This document shows positions 50,883 through 58,711 of a DNA stretch of 64,000 nucleotides, piece by piece (position 1 is the first letter of the stretch; every line of letters begins with the position of its first letter). The notes below the pieces were generated by a model. The model did no database searches. It worked only from the letters and a program-made list of their open reading frames with translations, and had not been told where the DNA came from. The position numbers and the translations under genes were made by a program. The DNA comes from Nitrospirota bacterium (lineage in GTDB: Bacteria; Nitrospirota; Thermodesulfovibrionia; Thermodesulfovibrionales; JdFR-86), in the NCBI GenBank assembly GCA_963721805.1, contig CAVRJY010000001.1, positions 800,001-864,000 on the forward strand. The letters run 5' to 3'.

Positions 50883-52046
50883 ATGAGGCCCATCGCCGGT
50901 CTCGCCTCAGCGGTGGCGGTAATATGCGTTTTGTGCGTCTTTTGCCCGCCCGCCGCCCTGGCGGCCGGCGCCGGTGCCAACGATACCGAGCGCGAGTACC
51001 AGGACATGAAGCGCAAGATCGAGAGCAACGAGCAGCAGCTGAAGATCTACAGGGGCATCGAGTCCTCGACGCTCTCCGAGATAGAGAAGACCAACCGCGA
51101 GCTCTCGGCCGTCTCCAAGGACCTGCGGTCTTACCGGGCCGGGCTCGCGGACACGCAAAACAAGATAGCGGGCGTGAAGGCCGACATCGACGCCCTCGGC
51201 GGCAAGCTCGAAAAGCGCAAGGGCTGGCTCCGCATGAAGGTGCGCGCGATGAACCGCTACGGCAGGTACGCCAACCTGCTGCTGAGCCTCGAGGGCTCCT
51301 CCGACATGTCGCAGTTCATAAGGCGCTGGCGGTATCTGAGCGTCCTGGCCTCGCTCGAGAACAAGGCCATAGACGGCTACAAGCGCGACCTGTCCACGCT
51401 CCACAGCCGGCAGGCCGAGCTGGATTCCCTTTACCTGCGCATGCAGTCCGACGAGCACCGGATATCCGCGGCCGAACGCCTCGTGGCCGAGAAGAAGGCC
51501 GAGAAAGAGACCGAGCTTGCGAACGTTAGGAAGAAGAAGGCCTCGCAGGAGCAGGTGCTGAGCGAGATGCGCGAGGCCCAGCAGCGGCTGTTTGACATGC
51601 TCAAGAAGGCCGAGCGCACCACCCCCCAGTATACCGGCAAGGGCTTCGGCGCGCGGAAGGGCTCGCTGCAGTGGCCTGTCAGGGGGACGGTGGCGGCCGG
51701 ATACGGCACCGGCAACGACCCCCGCGTCAATACCCCGGTGTTTAGAAACGGCATATACATCACGACCGCCGAGGGCACGGTGGTGTACTCCGTCTCCGGC
51801 GGCAGGGTCGTCTTCGCGGACTACTTCAAGGGCTTCGGCCAGCTCGTGATCGTGGACCACGGCGAGGGCTACCATTCGCTGTACGGCGACCTGTCCGAGA
51901 TTTTTTTGAAGACAGGAGATATAATAGAAGGACGCACCAAAATCGGCGTGGTAGGCGAGTCGGGCATGTTCAGCAAGCCCTCTCTCTATTTCGAGATCAG
52001 GTATAAGGGCAAGCCCCTCGACCCGCTGCAGTGGCTCGGTGGATAG
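50883..52046 (+). CDS. envC: EnvC-like murein hydrolase activator (coiled coil plus degenerate M23)
   Basis: Signal peptide, long coiled coil, WPVRG, GQLVIVDHG, LYFEIR, DPLQWL. Confidence 0.82.
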   Translation: MRPIAGLASAVAVICVLCVFCPPAALAAGAGANDTEREYQDMKRKIESNEQQLKIYRGIESSTLSEIEKTNRELSAVSKDLRSYRAGLADTQNKIAGVKADIDALGGKLEKRKGWLRMKVRAMNRYGRYANLLLSLEGSSDMSQFIRRWRYLSVLASLENKAIDGYKRDLSTLHSRQAELDSLYLRMQSDEHRISAAERLVAEKKAEKETELANVRKKKASQEQVLSEMREAQQRLFDMLKKAERTTPQYTGKGFGARKGSLQWPVRGTVAAGYGTGNDPRVNTPVFRNGIYITTAEGTVVYSVSGGRVVFADYFKGFGQLVIVDHGEGYHSLYGDLSEIFLKTGDIIEGRTKIGVVGESGMFSKPSLYFEIRYKGKPLDPLQWLGG

Positions 52047-52111
52047 TGCGCGGGCGCACGGGCTTATTTTCTATCAATAACTTGTGAATCAGCCGGAGGA
52101 ACTCAGACTAA

Positions 52112-53479
52112 ATGTTTAAGAAGACCAGATACTGGGCGCTGCCATTCGTAGTCGCCTTGTTCGCCGCGGCCATCCTGATGGGCCGCCTCGCGGCCGCGGA
52201 CGTAAGGGCCGGGGACACCACTTACGAACGGCTCAAGCTCTTCACCGAGGTCCTCTCGGTCGTGCAGCAGAACTACGTCGAGCCCGTCGACGACAAGACC
52301 CTCATCTATGACGCCATAAACGGCATGCTCCGCTCCCTCGACCCGCACTCGGCCTTCATGACCCCGGAGTCCTACAAGGAGATGCAGGTCGACACGAAGG
52401 GCGAGTTCGGCGGCTTAGGCATCCAGATCTCGATCAAAAACAGCATCCTGACCGTAATCGCGCCGATCGACGACACGCCGGCCGCGCGCGCCGGGATCAT
52501 GGCCGGAGACCGCATAGTGAAGATCAACGGCGAGTACACGGACAAGCTCACGCTGCAGGACGCGGTCGAGAAGATGCGCGGCAAGCCCGGCACCCCCGTG
52601 ACGCTCTCGATCATGCGCGAGGGCTTCAAGGAGCTGCGCGACTACACGATAGTGCGCGACATAATAGTCATAAAGAGCGTCAAGAGCAGGATGCTCGACA
52701 ATAACATCGGCTACATCAAGCTCAGCGCGTTCAACGAAAAGAGCGCCGGGGAGGCAGAGCATGCCCTCAAGGAACTCTCGGACAAGAAGATGACCGCGTT
52801 TATCCTGGATTTGAGGAACAACCCCGGAGGGCTGCTCAAGAGCGCCATCGACATCTCGGACATGTTCCTGCCCGCAAACACGCTGGTCGTCTTCACGAAG
52901 TCCAGAAGCGGCGAGCGCGTCGAGTACAAGACGCGGGCCGGCTCGCAGATACCGCAGATCCCGATGGTCGTGCTCGTAAACCCTGGCAGCGCCAGCGCCT
53001 CGGAGATCGTGGCCGGCGCGCTCAAGGACTGGAAGCGCGCGGTGATAGTGGGCGAGACGACCTTCGGCAAGGGCTCGGTCCAGAGCGTCATCCCGCTCAG
53101 CGACGGAGCCGCGCTGCGCCTGACGACGTCGAAATACTACACGCCCAACGGCGAGTCGATCCAGAACACCGGGATCACGCCCGACATAGTCGTTAAGCTC
53201 AAGAGTTCGGGCGAGAACAAGCCGCACCCGATAATGCGCGAGAAGGACTTGACGGGCCACCTCGATAACGAGCAGGTCGACGGCAAGGTGCAGAAGCCCG
53301 AGGTCAAGACGCCGGAGAAGGGCGCCGCGCCCGAGGAGGAAGAGGAGGCCGTGATGGCCCCGAAGGACGACAAGGACGACAACCAGCTCCAGCGCGCCAT
53401 CGACCTGCTGAAGACCTGGGAGATATTCAAGAAGCTCCCGGACGTCACGGCAGGCGCGGCCCCGGCGGCTGCAAAGTAA
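52112..53479 (+). CDS. ctpA: C-terminal processing protease (S41)
   Basis: LDPHS, PDZ GGLGI, DLRNNPGG, SASASE, TFGKGSVQ, YYTP.G. Confidence 0.92.
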   Translation: MFKKTRYWALPFVVALFAAAILMGRLAAADVRAGDTTYERLKLFTEVLSVVQQNYVEPVDDKTLIYDAINGMLRSLDPHSAFMTPESYKEMQVDTKGEFGGLGIQISIKNSILTVIAPIDDTPAARAGIMAGDRIVKINGEYTDKLTLQDAVEKMRGKPGTPVTLSIMREGFKELRDYTIVRDIIVIKSVKSRMLDNNIGYIKLSAFNEKSAGEAEHALKELSDKKMTAFILDLRNNPGGLLKSAIDISDMFLPANTLVVFTKSRSGERVEYKTRAGSQIPQIPMVVLVNPGSASASEIVAGALKDWKRAVIVGETTFGKGSVQSVIPLSDGAALRLTTSKYYTPNGESIQNTGITPDIVVKLKSSGENKPHPIMREKDLTGHLDNEQVDGKVQKPEVKTPEKGAAPEEEEEAVMAPKDDKDDNQLQRAIDLLKTWEIFKKLPDVTAGAAPAAAK

Positions 53480-53481
53480 TA

Positions 53482-54156
53482 TTGCCGCCAAGACGGCTCG
53501 TAATTGACATAGAAACCAGCGGCGCCCTGCTTGAGGACCTCGACGAGGGACTCAGGCAGGGCCTGCTGAAAAAGGCCGAGACCCCGGAGGACATAGACAA
53601 GATCCGCCGCGAGACCGGCCTGAACCCCGTCACAGGCGAGGTCATCGCCATCGGCACCTTCGACCCCGACCTGCGGCGCGGCACCGTCCTTTACCAGGCC
53701 CCCGGAGAGCTCCCGCTTACGACCGAGGAGGAGGGCATGCGCTACGTCTCGGGCTCCGAGGCCGAGATCCTGCGCGCTTTCTGGGACGAGGTCAGGGGCG
53801 TAAAGACCGTGGTGACCTTCAACGGCCGCGGCTTCGACGGGCCGTTTCTGATCATCCGCTCCGCGGTGCACCGCATCAAGCCCACGCGCGACCTCATGCC
53901 CAACCGGTACTCCGACGACCACGTAGACCTCTTCGACCGGCTCTCGTTTTTCAGCGCGACGCAGCGCCGGTTCGGGCTCGACATCTGGTGCCGGGCGCTG
54001 GGCATAGCTAGCCCCAAGGACGCGGGCATATGCGGGGCCGAGGTCGGCGACGCCTTCCGCGCCGGGCGTCACCTCGACATAGCCCGCTACTGCGGCCGCG
54101 ACATCCTCGCCACGGCCGAGCTTTACGCAGTCTGGGAGAAATTCATCAAATCGTAA
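53482..54156 (+). CDS. PolB-like DEDDy 3'-5' exonuclease domain protein
   Basis: DIET, FNGRGFD, HVDL, YC..D. Confidence 0.8.
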   Translation: MPPRRLVIDIETSGALLEDLDEGLRQGLLKKAETPEDIDKIRRETGLNPVTGEVIAIGTFDPDLRRGTVLYQAPGELPLTTEEEGMRYVSGSEAEILRAFWDEVRGVKTVVTFNGRGFDGPFLIIRSAVHRIKPTRDLMPNRYSDDHVDLFDRLSFFSATQRRFGLDIWCRALGIASPKDAGICGAEVGDAFRAGRHLDIARYCGRDILATAELYAVWEKFIKS

Positions 54157-54185
54157 GCTCCGCCACGCCGTGATATAATCTTTCC

Positions 54186-54779
54186 ATGAATGAGTTTCTG
54201 CACGCGCTGCCCAACACGTTCATCCCGATCTTCGTAGCCATGGACCCGTTTATCATAGTGCCGGTCTTCGTCTCGCTGACCGAGGGGATTAGCGCGAAGT
54301 CCCGTGACCACGTGGTGAACACCTCGGCCGTCACCGCCCTTACGGTGAGCCTGATCTTCACGATGGGCGGAAGCGCGCTTTTCAGGGTGATGGGCATCAC
54401 GGTATTCGACTTCAAGGTCGCGGGGGGGCTAGTGCTGCTCGTGATCGCGATACTCGACCTCGTGAGCACGGGGGCGAAGGCCGCGACCCGAAACTCTGAG
54501 CACGCCGGGGTGGTGCCGATAGGGGTGCCGCTGATCGTCGGGCCCGCGGTGCTCACGACGATCATAGTGCTGATGGACAACCAGGGGCTTGTCCTGACCG
54601 TGACCTCGCTCGTGCTCAATATCCTTATCGTATGGATCGCGATGAAGAGCGCGAAGGCTATCGTGAGGTTCATGGGCATAAACAGCATGAAGGCTATTTC
54701 AAAAATCATGGCCATTATGCTGGCGTCGCTCGCGGTGATGATGATTCGATTGGGCATCGCTGGCATGACCGGGCACTAG
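54186..54779 (+). CDS. MarC family membrane protein
   Basis: FVAMDP, F.VAGG, VVP..VPLIVGP, K.M..LA..AV. Confidence 0.88.
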   Translation: MNEFLHALPNTFIPIFVAMDPFIIVPVFVSLTEGISAKSRDHVVNTSAVTALTVSLIFTMGGSALFRVMGITVFDFKVAGGLVLLVIAILDLVSTGAKAATRNSEHAGVVPIGVPLIVGPAVLTTIIVLMDNQGLVLTVTSLVLNILIVWIAMKSAKAIVRFMGINSMKAISKIMAIMLASLAVMMIRLGIAGMTGH

Positions 54780-54809
54780 GTGGAAGTCGTCCATTATCGA
54801 GAGCCATTG

Positions 54810-54985
54810 GAAAGCCGCGCTAAATTGGCTGATACGTTGTCGCGGCTTCGGAATCCGTCCTCGATGTACGCCCAAGTACACCGTCGGACGTCTTCCTCGC
54901 CGCTCCTAGTCTGAGTCTAATTTATCGCGCTTTGATGTGGCCGATGCCTGATCGTGCGAGCGGTCAACGGCATTGATAGGAGCGG
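54810..54985 (-). repeat. Modular structured repeat, copy 5 (core 54810-54933, variant B', C)
   Basis: TGATACGTTG, TGTAC-GCCCAA-GTACA, CCTAGTCTGA, CGCGCTTT, GCGGTCAACGGCATT. Confidence 0.85.
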
Positions 54986-55021
54986 GCCAGCTACGACTCC
55001 ACTTTGCTTTATCAGTGAACC

Positions 55022-55786
55022 TTATTGATTAAATTCGGTTTGTTCCAATGCTAAGCGCTTTTCAATTTCAATAAGTGCTTCCGACAAAGATAAATTATAA
55101 AATCCATCAGTTTCTTTGAGCGCTGTTAACATTAAGTCGCATGCCACTAGTAAATATAGTGACCTGTCTTCCTGATAAGGGAAAAAAGTAAATACGACAG
55201 GTTTGTTTGTTCCGCTGAGAATTAGATGTTCAATAGTCTTAGGTTTAACATGCACCACTTCAGAAAGGATACGATAAACGTGTTGATACCAATCATTCAT
55301 CTCAACCTTTTTAGCCAGCCATTCTGTCGAAATCCCTTGTTCTTTAGTTTCTTTAGCCACTGATAGTAGCATTGGCTTTAACTCAAATTCTTCATCTGGA
55401 AATAAATCAGGATGATCCTTCATAACATTCCCCATCTTTTTTTGACATGCCTCATGAGACTTCAAATATTTGTCAGCAAATGTTTCATCGTTTAGATTTG
55501 CTTTCAATAAAATTATGATTTCGAATAAATGCCTTAATAGAATTTGTATCTCAGCATTAAGTTGATACTCACCCAACTTGTAGAGACCTTTAAAAGTATT
55601 CATTGCTTTAATAAGAAAACCTAACGAATAAATATTGCGTGGATTAAGGTTGTCAGAATTGATTGCGGATCCGACTGCGGTAATGGCTTTCTCGCATATT
55701 TCGAAGAGTTTCTTGTATAAGTCTATGAGTTCGGGACTAATATCCCCATAGCCATATTTACTGTCAATCGAGACATCATTATCCAT
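55022..55786 (-). CDS. AT-rich DUF5677-like (HEPN-superfamily-like) protein
   Basis: All-helical 254 aa; ILLRHLFE and Y...YRILSEVVH motifs; composition unlike flanks. Confidence 0.6.
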   Translation of the reverse strand: MDNDVSIDSKYGYGDISPELIDLYKKLFEICEKAITAVGSAINSDNLNPRNIYSLGFLIKAMNTFKGLYKLGEYQLNAEIQILLRHLFEIIILLKANLNDETFADKYLKSHEACQKKMGNVMKDHPDLFPDEEFELKPMLLSVAKETKEQGISTEWLAKKVEMNDWYQHVYRILSEVVHVKPKTIEHLILSGTNKPVVFTFFPYQEDRSLYLLVACDLMLTALKETDGFYNLSLSEALIEIEKRLALEQTEFNQ

Positions 55787-55902
55787 GATCTATTATAGGT
55801 TATTGCGTGCAACAATGTTCCGCTAATAGCCGCCTCAGGCAAGCCCGGCGAAGCGTTCCGAAGTATTTATCGGGTAATGGATTGCCCGCAATCGGATGTT
55901 CC

Positions 55903-55943
55903 GGGGTCACGGACCCTATTCTTTAAGAAGGGGGCCAGTCGGC
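55903..55943 (-). repeat. Detached D-end fragment of the modular repeat
   Basis: GGGGTC-ACG-GACCCT...GGGGCCAGTCGGC parallels GGGGTC-TGT-GACCCT...GGGGCCAGTCGGC in the reverse complement of copy 1. Confidence 0.55.
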
Positions 55944-55967
55944 ACCGCGGTCGTGGTATAATTGCCC

Positions 55968-56264
55968 ATGGCCAGGTCACTTAAAGAGATAAAAAGCGCC
56001 ATAGTGCGGCATAGGGCCGAACTCAGGAGCGTATACAAGATCAAGGACATCGCGCTCTTCGGCTCATACGCGCGCGGCGAGCAGAAAAAAAACAGCGACA
56101 TGGACCTGCTCGCGGACTTCACCGGTCCGATAGGTCTCATAGAATTGGTGGGGGCCGAGCAGTACCTGAGCAAAATCCTCAAGGCGAAGGTCGACCTTAT
56201 CCCGAGGCGCGACGTGCGGCCGGAACTCAGGGCAGGAATACTTAAAGACTCCGTTTCGCTATGA
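55968..56264 (+). CDS. mntA: MntA-type minimal nucleotidyltransferase antitoxin
   Basis: GSYARGEQKKNSDMD = GS-X10-DxD; KVDL; overlaps downstream HEPN gene. Confidence 0.85.
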   Translation: MARSLKEIKSAIVRHRAELRSVYKIKDIALFGSYARGEQKKNSDMDLLADFTGPIGLIELVGAEQYLSKILKAKVDLIPRRDVRPELRAGILKDSVSL

Positions 56265-56608
56265 ACCGCGACCACGGCCTGTTTATCAAAGATATCCTCG
56301 ATAACATGGAGCGTGCCGAAGCTTTCATCAGCGGCATGACCTACAGGGAATTCTCAAAAGATATAAAGACCGCATACGCAGTAGTGAGATGCCTTGAGAT
56401 AATCGGCGAGGCCGTAAAGAACATTCCCCAGCCGGTCAGAAAACGATACCCCGAAATCCCGTGGAAAGAGATGGCCGGGATGCGGGACAAGGTGATCCAT
56501 TTTTATTTCGGAGTGAAGTTCAAGACCGTTTGGACTACCGCCAAAAAGGACATCCCCAAGCTTAAGCCGCTCATATTGAAGATCAAAGAAGACCTGTCCG
56601 AAGTCTAA
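56261..56608 (+). CDS. hepT: HepT/DUF86 HEPN ribonuclease toxin
   Basis: LEIIGEA, IPW..MAGMRDKVIHFY = RX4HXY. Confidence 0.85.
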   Translation: MNRDHGLFIKDILDNMERAEAFISGMTYREFSKDIKTAYAVVRCLEIIGEAVKNIPQPVRKRYPEIPWKEMAGMRDKVIHFYFGVKFKTVWTTAKKDIPKLKPLILKIKEDLSEV

Positions 56609-56813
56609 GACTAACTAAAGTTAATCGTAAGTTAATAGAAAACGCACGGGGATCAAATTATTTATCAACTCCGGTTTATATATAAACATTAGTTCCATGG
56701 ACTTTTCGGATTCGATGTGATTCAATACGGGATGATGTACATATGCTTATTTTTGAGAGTGTGTAAATCGCTGAGCGGCGGCTCGGAAAATGTCTTTGAG
56801 CACCCGGCTGGCG

Positions 56814-56999
56814 CATCCGAACAAACGGCCGGATTTGGGGGTAAAACATCCGAACATCCGAACACGGATAAAACAAAAAAGATAGGCAAATCACCATCTT
56901 ATGATCTGTTTTGCGCCCAACATCCGAACAAAAAAGGACAAAAACGCGCGCGCACGCGCGCGGAATGCATAACTATACCTAAGCGAGCGCATCCGAACA
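56814..56999 (+). repeat. Five direct copies of CATCCGAACA plus an alternating CG tract
   Basis: Copies start at 56814, 56847, 56855, 56921, 56990; CGCGCGCG-CA-CGCGCGCG at 56945-56962. Confidence 0.75.
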
Positions 57000-57000
57000 C

Positions 57001-57161
57001 GCCTTTGACCGCTCGCACGATTAGGCATGTGAAACTTAAAGCGCGAGAAATCAGCGTCAGACTAGGAACGGCGAGGAAAACGTCCGAGGGTGTACTGAGA
57101 TGTACATTGAGGACGGATTTCCGAGTCGTGACAACGTATCACGCGATTTGGCGCGACTTTC
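57001..57161 (+). repeat. Modular structured repeat, copy 6 (C, variant B', core 57038-57161), inverted relative to copy 5
   Basis: TCAGACTAGG...GTAC-TGAGAT-GTAC...CAACGTATCA; 57001-57028 is the reverse complement of 54944-54971 with 2 mismatches. Confidence 0.87.
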
Positions 57162-57221
57162 TGCCCTCTTACTATTATTTACGGAATTTGATAGTATATG
57201 GGTGTAGATAGGGGGTAGACC

Positions 57222-57863
57222 GTGATCGGTGCCGAGCTGGACATAACCTCCAACGACCTCAACGTGCTCATGAACGCCGTGAGCCAGGCCCAGAAGTCGC
57301 TGAAGGGCGCGGTGCAGGATGCCGCGGTCACTGCGTCCGGTTCCGTCACCGGGGCGGCCGCCTCAAAGCCGCCACCCACTGCCGCCACGACCATCGGCAG
57401 CACTCAGGAAGAACGCGCTATAGCGCTCGAGATACAACAACTCCAGCAGCGCGAGAAGGCCGTCATCGCGCACGAGCAGGCCCACATAGCCGTCGGTGGC
57501 CAGTACGCCGGCCCGGCCAGCTATTCATACACCCTCGGCCCGGATAAGAAGGACTACATCTCCGGCGGCGAGGTCTCGATAGACGTCTCGGACGAGAGCA
57601 CCCCTCAAAAGACTATCCCGAAGATGCAGCAGGTCCGCGCGGCCGCGCTCGCCCCGATGGACCCCTCAGCGCAGGATATGTCGGTGGCCGCCACCGCGAC
57701 GCAGAAAGAGGCTGATGCGCAGCGGGAGGTCTACGCCGAGCAGATGGAGTCCGCGCAGCAGGCCGAGGCCGGTCAAAAGGGGAATTCGATCCTATCCGGC
57801 ATCTACGGCAGTGCGTCCCCGGGTTCAGCGCCGGCCGGGGCCTCGGTTTCGGTCTACGCTTAG
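57222..57863 (+). CDS. SprA-related / putative metalloprotease (HExxH) protein
   Basis: V.AHEQAH..VGG, GPD...Y..GGEV.ID, AALAP.DPS.QD..VA. Confidence 0.75.
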   Translation: MIGAELDITSNDLNVLMNAVSQAQKSLKGAVQDAAVTASGSVTGAAASKPPPTAATTIGSTQEERAIALEIQQLQQREKAVIAHEQAHIAVGGQYAGPASYSYTLGPDKKDYISGGEVSIDVSDESTPQKTIPKMQQVRAAALAPMDPSAQDMSVAATATQKEADAQREVYAEQMESAQQAEAGQKGNSILSGIYGSASPGSAPAGASVSVYA

Positions 57864-57873
57864 GCCCCGCTGA

Positions 57874-58209
57874 TCACACTATGCCCGCGCCGCCTTCGAG
57901 GTATTCCTTCAGCTGGTCTATGGGCCTGGGGAGCCCGGCCACCTTGTATGCGACGAGCGGCTCAATGAACTTTTCGGCCAGGCAGTCCTTGGGCTCGTGG
58001 ATGTTCCGGCAGACGTGGCCCAGGATCGGGAAGAAGTCGTATTTCATGTAGTAGTCCCTGAGGAACCTGATGATCTCCATCATGTCCGGCTTTAGCTCTT
58101 CGATGCCCGCCCGCTCGGCCAGGGCGCATGCGACCTTCTCGTTCCATTCGGCCGGGTCGATCAGGTATCCCTCGTTGTCGATGCGTATCTCCTGCTGCGC
58201 CTGCGCCAT
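57874..58209 (-). CDS. TusE/DsrC-family protein lacking the C-terminal catalytic cysteines
   Basis: D.EGYL....WN..VA..LA, II.FLR.YY, KVAGLP.P; C-terminus IDQLKEYLEGGAGIV has no Cys; GAGGAGG RBS. Confidence 0.8.
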   Translation of the reverse strand: MAQAQQEIRIDNEGYLIDPAEWNEKVACALAERAGIEELKPDMMEIIRFLRDYYMKYDFFPILGHVCRNIHEPKDCLAEKFIEPLVAYKVAGLPRPIDQLKEYLEGGAGIV

Positions 58210-58309
58210 GTCGTCCTCCTCTGAGCCCGATGGTATCGCTATGCTCAAGAATTATCACAGAACGCCGGGGCTGTCAATCGGCAGGGGGCCGCTGCATGCG
58301 CGCTGCGGT

Positions 58310-58711
58310 TCAGCCGCGCTCGATCTCGATCTCCCGCTCGTCGCCGCCCGCGAACTCGATCCGCACCCTGATGGCGCCATCGAGGCTGATGCGCTCGGCC
58401 CACTCGATCACGGCTATGCCGCCGCTGCTGAGCACGTCGTATATGCCTGTGCTCTCTATGTCGTCCTCCCCGCTGATCCTGTAGAGGTCGACGTGGTAGA
58501 GCGGCGGGGTGGTGGGGTATTCGGCGATCACGGTGAAGCTTGCGCTGATTACGTCGCGGGGGTCCATGCCGAGGGACGAGGCGATGCCTTTTACGAACGT
58601 GGTCTTGCCAGCGCCGAGCTCGCCGTAGAGGCAGACGATGTCCCCGGGCCGGAGCGATGCCCCGAGGGCCGCGCCGGCAGCCTGGGTCTCCTCAGGCCCT
58701 CGCGCCCTCAC
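58310..58711 (-). CDS. tsaE: t6A biosynthesis ATPase TsaE
   Basis: GELGAGKTTFVKG, S.SF....Y, LYHVDLYR, IEWAE. Confidence 0.9.
   Translation of the reverse strand: MRARGPEETQAAGAALGASLRPGDIVCLYGELGAGKTTFVKGIASSLGMDPRDVISASFTVIAEYPTTPPLYHVDLYRISGEDDIESTGIYDVLSSGGIAVIEWAERISLDGAIRVRIEFAGGDEREIEIERG

Noticed and set aside
49301..51028. Long antisense or alternative-frame ORFs (e.g. 49301-51028, 22235-23554, 9742-11031, 17534-18592, 45107-46198, 52415-53491)
   Set aside because: They shadow well-supported genes, as expected in GC-rich DNA with few off-frame stops, and show no recognisable motifs.
15186..57161. Interpreting the repeat family as a CRISPR array or integron attC sites
   Set aside because: Copies are kilobases apart with no repeat-spacer periodicity and no cas genes. 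The ends lack RYYYAAC/GTTRRRY boxes and no integron integrase is in the window.
56717..57211. ORFs overlapping the repeats (15144-15461, 26060-26248, 46334-46522, 46375-46839, 56717-57211)
   Set aside because: They are translations of non-coding repeat or iteron DNA, and frames and starts are not conserved between copies.
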